This document shows, one piece after another, positions 43,963 through 48,186 of a stretch of 48,186 nt of DNA. The notes under the pieces were generated by a model. That model saw only the letters and a program-made list of their open reading frames with translations, made no database searches and was not told the DNA's origin. Numbering within the stretch: position 1 is the stretch's first letter; each line of letters opens with the position of its first letter. Position numbers and translations under genes: made by a program. The DNA is taken from the NCBI GenBank assembly GCA_016178265.1, contig JACOTS010000092.1:1-48186 (forward strand), read 5' to 3'. The DNA comes from Candidatus Melainabacteria bacterium. Its GTDB lineage: Bacteria; Cyanobacteriota; Vampirovibrionia; 2-02-FULL-35-15.

Positions 43963-45309
43963 TTAAGGAGTTACTTTGTTAGATTTGTAAAAATATAACA
44001 AGAATAGAGCTATAGAAATAGTGGTGTGTATAAGAGTTGAATAGACAATGCCAATAATACCAAACAAATTAATGCAAATAATATCAAAAAATACATTTAG
44101 TATTACTCTAACCACACTAGTAGCCAGAAGAAACGTGGTTAATTTATTTATTACATAATAGTTCACGAAAATCTTAAATATCATTGCTGGTATCAGTTGA
44201 TAAATAAATACTCCTACTAAACTAGCAATAAGCATTACTTGCTCAGCATTAATATTTCCTCTGTTAAATATAATGTTGGCAATGGAAAATTTAAACAAGA
44301 ATACTATTATACAAATTGGCAAGCAAAATAAAATTGTTTTTTTAGAAGCATCTAATATTTTATTTCTCAGATTGCTCATTGGTTCTAAAAAATAAGAATC
44401 CGACCAATAAGAAAGAAGCACTTTAGAAAATATTACTGCAATTGCATTGTAAAATATTAAATAAATTTTCTCTGCATATTCTAATATTGATAAGTTCCCT
44501 TCCGCAAATATAAATGCAATAGTTTTATCTATTAGTGGATTTATTGCTGTAAGAACCGTAAAAGCAATTTGAAAAAAAGCAATTTTAAAGAAATGTTTTA
44601 ATCGATCTGTTGTGTCTTCATTTAATAAAGAAACAAATTTGTATCCTAATTTTTTTACTGAAACAAAGTATAAATTTAAAAGTAAAACAAATTCGCCAAT
44701 TAAATAACCTATTGCTACAGAATAAATATTAAGCTTAGTGCTAAACAATAAAAATATAATAATAATAGTCAGTGATCTGAATGCCAATGATAATGGATAA
44801 ATCCAGAATTTCTTGTGATAGTTTAAATATCCTTCAAAAATTCCTCCATAAGTATAAAAAAGTACTGTTGGAGACAGAATCAGAATAAAGTCGAATATTG
44901 CTTTTGTATCACGCTGAATTGATGTATTAACTAAGTTTAAAAAAAATTTGGACAAAACCAAGAAAATAATCAAAATAATGAGAATTACGAAGAAAGATGT
45001 TTTTATTATATTGGTAATAAAAACATTTAGATCTTCTTTTTTTGACTTTTTTTCAGCAATAAATGGAACTAATGTTAATTGTCCTGCTGATGAAAAAACA
45101 ACACATAGAAACCAAATGACTGCATAAGCAATAAAGAATGCATCAGTTTGATCACTTACGCCATATTTAATAGCTATAAAATAAGGAATAAGGAAACCTA
45201 TGCACTTACTTGTTATATGCCATAGAGATGTATAGAATGTATCAAAAGCAATTGAGTCAGTCTTAAATGAAGCTAAAATCTTTTTTATAAAATTAATTTT
45301 ATATTCCAT
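43963..45309 (-). CDS. MOP-superfamily flippase, MurJ/MviN-like
   Basis: 448 aa, polytopic. N-terminal GVSDQTDAFFIAYAV resembles the MurJ signature (G.S...DAF..A). Shorter than canonical MurJ. Confidence 0.6.
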   Translation of the reverse strand: MEYKINFIKKILASFKTDSIAFDTFYTSLWHITSKCIGFLIPYFIAIKYGVSDQTDAFFIAYAVIWFLCVVFSSAGQLTLVPFIAEKKSKKEDLNVFITNIIKTSFFVILIILIIFLVLSKFFLNLVNTSIQRDTKAIFDFILILSPTVLFYTYGGIFEGYLNYHKKFWIYPLSLAFRSLTIIIIFLLFSTKLNIYSVAIGYLIGEFVLLLNLYFVSVKKLGYKFVSLLNEDTTDRLKHFFKIAFFQIAFTVLTAINPLIDKTIAFIFAEGNLSILEYAEKIYLIFYNAIAVIFSKVLLSYWSDSYFLEPMSNLRNKILDASKKTILFCLPICIIVFLFKFSIANIIFNRGNINAEQVMLIASLVGVFIYQLIPAMIFKIFVNYYVINKLTTFLLATSVVRVILNVFFDIICINLFGIIGIVYSTLIHTTISIALFLLYFYKSNKVTP

Positions 45310-45367
45310 ATTTTAATCAACCTGTTTTTCTTTATTTTTTGCATAAAGTAATTAACAGTATAATTGG

Positions 45368-46759
45368 CTAATCTATTTTTAGTGAAATTATAGTTTTCAA
45401 GTTAATAGGATTGTTATTATATTCTTCAGGAATAGTAGAAAATAAACCTTCATAAAACACAATATAGGATGCTTCTCTAATATCTGGAATATTATTAAAT
45501 AATAACTTACTAATTGCATTGCATAGCTTTATTTGTTCAGCCTTAGATTTAGAATTCGCGACATAGTTTAAAATATATTCCCATCTACCAGGTTCAATTT
45601 TTTTTTTGATTATGCGAGTATTAATATCAATTTCTTTTCCATCAACATTAAAAGCTTTAATAATCAATGTTTTTTTTCTAAACTGCTTAAAATTAATGAA
45701 TCGATATTGGAGATCTTTGTTGCTAAAATTCGGATAAGCGGAAAAAGGCCATGATTTAATTTCCCTAAACCCAACATATGATTGTATAAGAATTAAAGTT
45801 ACGCCAGTTAAAACTATTGGTACAATTGATTTTTTAACAGTATTAACAGGGCTAGGTTTTACTACATTTTTAATTAGGCTCCCAAAATTAATAAAAGATA
45901 GATAACAACATTGTAGGGTCCAAAAAGAAATGTGCAAGAAGACTAAAGTCAAATTATGAAAAAAGATTCCACAAATAATAGCATATTTTCTCAAATTGTC
46001 AGAAAATATTAAAAATATAAACAATAATTGAAACATGACAATAAGGAATGGAAGACATCTTAATAAAATAGGATAGTGATCAATTCTAAGAATAGGGATG
46101 TTATTGCCAACAAACCAAGTAAACCAATAAGAGTAAAGGATATGTTGAAAGAAAGGAGTATCTGTTAACCAATAATGTTTACTTCCTAGGAGTTTCCATA
46201 TACCTGCATAGAAGTATATAAGTCCAATGAGTATCCATACAAACCTAATAGGAAGTGCATAGAGCACACTGGTTGTATCTTTAATTAAGTTTATAGTCTT
46301 AGTTTTTCTATAATCATCAATAATGCAATCTAGAGACAAACTATCACCACACTTAGACATCAATAACAGTAGTTGAAACATAAACAAATGATGATGAGCA
46401 TGTTGAATCTTTCCAAAAATATGAGTTAGGGCAATTAAGTAAAAACCAGAAACAATGGAAACTCCTATTGAAATATTAGTAAAAAGGCCAAGAAGCGCAA
46501 AGATTGTTGAAATTTTAAATATTATGATAAATATAACTATCAATTGATGTGTGTATGGAATACATTCTTTAATCCACCTTACAGCTGGTTCAGCGATTCG
46601 TAACTCTTCAGGGATATTATAAAACCAAATATAATCAATGTTAAATGAGGAAATAATTAACGTTGAAAATACTACTATTCTAAACATGGCAAGGTTCAAT
46701 GAAGAATCTTTAGCAGTAAAGAATTTGTTGCCTTTAAGGAATAGATCTCTTATAAACAT
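45368..46759 (-). CDS. HTTM-domain membrane protein (vitamin K-dependent gamma-carboxylase homolog), paralog B
   Basis: 463 aa. SLNLAMFRIVVF, CGDSLSLDCII, PIRFVWILIGLIYF, RIDHYP and IFSDNLRKY are collinear with paralog A. 10-nt overlap with the upstream SDR gene. T10 tract at 45598-45607 (A10 on the coding strand). Confidence 0.55.
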   Translation of the reverse strand: MFIRDLFLKGNKFFTAKDSSLNLAMFRIVVFSTLIISSFNIDYIWFYNIPEELRIAEPAVRWIKECIPYTHQLIVIFIIIFKISTIFALLGLFTNISIGVSIVSGFYLIALTHIFGKIQHAHHHLFMFQLLLLMSKCGDSLSLDCIIDDYRKTKTINLIKDTTSVLYALPIRFVWILIGLIYFYAGIWKLLGSKHYWLTDTPFFQHILYSYWFTWFVGNNIPILRIDHYPILLRCLPFLIVMFQLLFIFLIFSDNLRKYAIICGIFFHNLTLVFLHISFWTLQCCYLSFINFGSLIKNVVKPSPVNTVKKSIVPIVLTGVTLILIQSYVGFREIKSWPFSAYPNFSNKDLQYRFINFKQFRKKTLIIKAFNVDGKEIDINTRIIKKKIEPGRWEYILNYVANSKSKAEQIKLCNAISKLLFNNIPDIREASYIVFYEGLFSTIPEEYNNNPINLKTIISLKID

Positions 46760-47745
46760 TTCGCAAAAACCATATTATTACTTTCTATTTGCTCAACTGC
46801 TATTTTGATCCCATCATAAAAGCCAACCTTAGGATAATATCCAAGTTCTTCTTTAGCCTTATTTATACTACATTTAAAATTCCTAGACCAGTCCCATGCA
46901 AGATGCAATTCAGGATTATAAAATCTTACTTTTTGCATTGCCAAATCAATGATTTTATAAGTAACAGATTCATACGGAGGAATAGGTATTAATTTAGGCT
47001 TAAAATTCACCTTGAGCAGCTCACATAGAATCTTATAGATGTCCATGATCTTGTAGTTATCCATATCTGCAATAAAATATGTTTGTCCATTTGCCTTTTT
47101 GCTCTTGCCTGCCAACAATAGTGCATCGATACAATTATCAATGTTACAAAGACTCCTAGAAGATTTACCACTGCCAAAAATTAGAATATATCCTTTTTTT
47201 ACCATCTTTAAAAAATTAGTTTGTCTAGGCGGACCATCAACCCCATATAGCCAGTTTGGTCTTATAATAACCGTATTAATTTTGTTTTCTGTATTATATT
47301 TATTTAGAATTTGTTCAGCCTGTAACTTACTACGTCCATAATGATAATAAGGCGTTGGTGTATCAGATTCCTTGTACTCTGTATCTTTACTTAACCTCAT
47401 CGCTGCAGAAGAAGAGCTTATGTATACAAATTTTTCAACGTTTTTCTTAATAGCATGCTCAACTAAATTCTTAGTTCCTAGATAATTAACTTCATAAAAT
47501 TGTTGAACCTTCTTAGGATGAATTATTCCTGCACAGTGATAAACAATAGATATCCCCTCGCAAACATTTACAAGTGAATCGTTCCTAGTAACATCTGCAA
47601 TAAAAACTTCAGCTCCAATGTTGCGTAGATCACTAGTATCAACATTTGGAAGAGCTATGCACCGAACCCCTACATTATCTTCTATTAGCTTTTTAGCTAA
47701 TTTTGTTCCTAACCATCCAGGTGTCCCAGTAATTAAAGCTTTCAT
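46750..47745 (-). CDS. NAD(P)-dependent epimerase/dehydratase, 3-beta-hydroxysteroid dehydrogenase-like extended SDR
   Basis: 331 aa. ITGTPGWLG (GxxGxxG variant), YISSSSA, YGRSKLQAE (YxxxK), RPNWLYG. Confidence 0.75.
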   Translation of the reverse strand: MKALITGTPGWLGTKLAKKLIEDNVGVRCIALPNVDTSDLRNIGAEVFIADVTRNDSLVNVCEGISIVYHCAGIIHPKKVQQFYEVNYLGTKNLVEHAIKKNVEKFVYISSSSAAMRLSKDTEYKESDTPTPYYHYGRSKLQAEQILNKYNTENKINTVIIRPNWLYGVDGPPRQTNFLKMVKKGYILIFGSGKSSRSLCNIDNCIDALLLAGKSKKANGQTYFIADMDNYKIMDIYKILCELLKVNFKPKLIPIPPYESVTYKIIDLAMQKVRFYNPELHLAWDWSRNFKCSINKAKEELGYYPKVGFYDGIKIAVEQIESNNMVFAKCL

Positions 47746-47840
47746 TTTTTTATCCTAAGAATCTATCATACTAACAAATATACAATGGTAAAATTTCAAA
47801 TTGTAAGATCATCCCCATTCTACATAAGATTTTAAACAAT

Positions 47841-48186
47841 TTATGCTTCATTGTTTTTATTATCAGAACAATTAAATTGTTCTATTGAAAAATCTTTTGC
47901 TAAAAAATATTTTATCTCATAAATTCTATTGTTTTCTTCAATGATTGGAAGTCCAGGAATTAAGTATATTTCACGCCCAGCTTTAAAAGCTTCGGTCACT
48001 GTAACTGCTCCTGGCTTTGTAATAATAATCCCACACTTTTTCATAATAGATACCAACGAGTGAACTTCGTTGTAAATAAACACTCTTGAATCCCCTTTAA
48101 ATTCTTTGGTTAGCTTTCTAAACAATCGAATATTCGCACCACAAACCACATGTAATTTCAGATCTGTGCAGTGCTTATAAAGTAAT
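47841..48186 (-). CDS. Glycosyltransferase, C-terminal part only (GT28 / MGDG-synthase / UgtP-like); gene continues beyond the right window edge
   Basis: The ORF track starts at a GTG at 48149, but the frame stays open to 48186 (upstream residues ...LLYKHCTDLKLH). IITKPGAVTVTEAFKAGREIYLIPGLPIIEENN resembles the C-terminal nucleotide-sugar-binding motif of MurG/MGDG-synthase-type enzymes. Confidence 0.5.
   Translation of the reverse strand, partial: LLYKHCTDLKLHVVCGANIRLFRKLTKEFKGDSRVFIYNEVHSLVSIMKKCGIIITKPGAVTVTEAFKAGREIYLIPGLPIIEENNRIYEIKYFLAKDFSIEQFNCSDNKNNEA

Noticed and set aside
812-47341. About 45 short ORFs in the supplied track (60-131 aa). Examples: 812-1036, 1446-1787, 4523-4789, 7467-7670, 8819-9082, 9596-9817, 10544-10753, 10806-11201, 12015-12296, 14767-14976, 16199-16528, 20615-20899, 24211-24471, 25215-25597, 28194-28379, 29289-29543, 33576-33818, 34443-34670, 35465-35722, 39077-39442, 41012-41263, 41421-41642, 46789-46992, 47099-47341.
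   Set aside because: Each lies antisense to, or out of frame within, a longer ORF that has clear family signatures. Their translations are low-complexity (Phe/Ser/Leu/Ile-rich mirrors of Lys/Glu-rich genes) with no recognisable motifs or ribosome-binding sites.
40320-47745. Sterol C-4 demethylation-like pair: ERG25-like fatty acid hydroxylase plus ERG26-like 3beta-HSD.
   Set aside because: The two genes are 5 kb apart on opposite strands. No squalene, oxidosqualene or hopene cyclase, or other sterol genes, are visible. Both families are broad. It is mentioned only as a low-probability alternative for the lipid locus.
1-48186. CRISPR arrays, tRNA/rRNA genes, transposases, integrases, prophage or toxin-antitoxin/defence modules, and alternative genetic code.
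   Set aside because: No regularly spaced direct repeats and no tRNA-like T-arm/acceptor patterns occur in the intergenic regions, which are short (at most about 240 nt). No ORF has transposase, integrase, nuclease or ATPase-defence signatures. Long housekeeping ORFs are intact under the standard code, so stop-codon reassignment is not indicated.

Overview
AT-rich (by eye about one-third G+C), very gene-dense bacterial chromosomal segment that reads in the standard genetic code: valS, alaS and dnaX are uninterrupted. I support about 46 protein-coding genes and found no rRNA, tRNA, CRISPR array, transposase or integrase. There are three blocks. (i) 1-16976 is a cell-surface glycan locus. It holds a complete GDP-D-glycero-alpha-D-manno-heptose pathway (gmhA, GHMP-type hddA, gmhB, hddC) and a co-oriented transaldolase-family gene. 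It also holds SDR and Gfo/Idh/MocA tailoring oxidoreductases (one broken by an internal deletion), two SAM methyltransferases, two small polyprenyl-phosphate-type GT2 enzymes, GT-C-like membrane proteins, an FAD oxidoreductase and ugd. (ii) 17011-37756 is mostly housekeeping: phoU, ispF, dnaX, pth, dxr, valS, cutA, a GH15 hydrolase, a TPR protein with a degenerate metzincin motif, an RpaB/Ycf27-like response regulator, argH, an NDP-sugar pyrophosphorylase, rimM, trpF and alaS. (iii) 37753-48186 is an accessory block and holds the most unusual content. It contains a MarC-family protein and a eukaryote-type aromatic-L-amino-acid decarboxylase preceded by a GC-rich 111-nt imperfect hairpin. Next comes a membrane-lipid/envelope locus with two paralogous HTTM (vitamin-K gamma-carboxylase-like) proteins bracketing a sulfotransferase and a MurJ-like flippase. 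That locus also carries a fatty-acid hydroxylase, a 3beta-HSD-like SDR and an MGDG-synthase-like glycosyltransferase. Non-coding signals: a short palindromic repeat family sharing ATGTCATTGC directly after three stop codons; two tandem perfect hairpins upstream of ispF; convergent genes that share or abut stop codons; and a 7-nt periodic CTCCT repeat inside valS. The RpaB-like regulator suggests a cyanobacterial-lineage organism (for example non-photosynthetic Melainabacteria), but this is inference only. All family assignments rest on motif recognition by eye; no searches were run.
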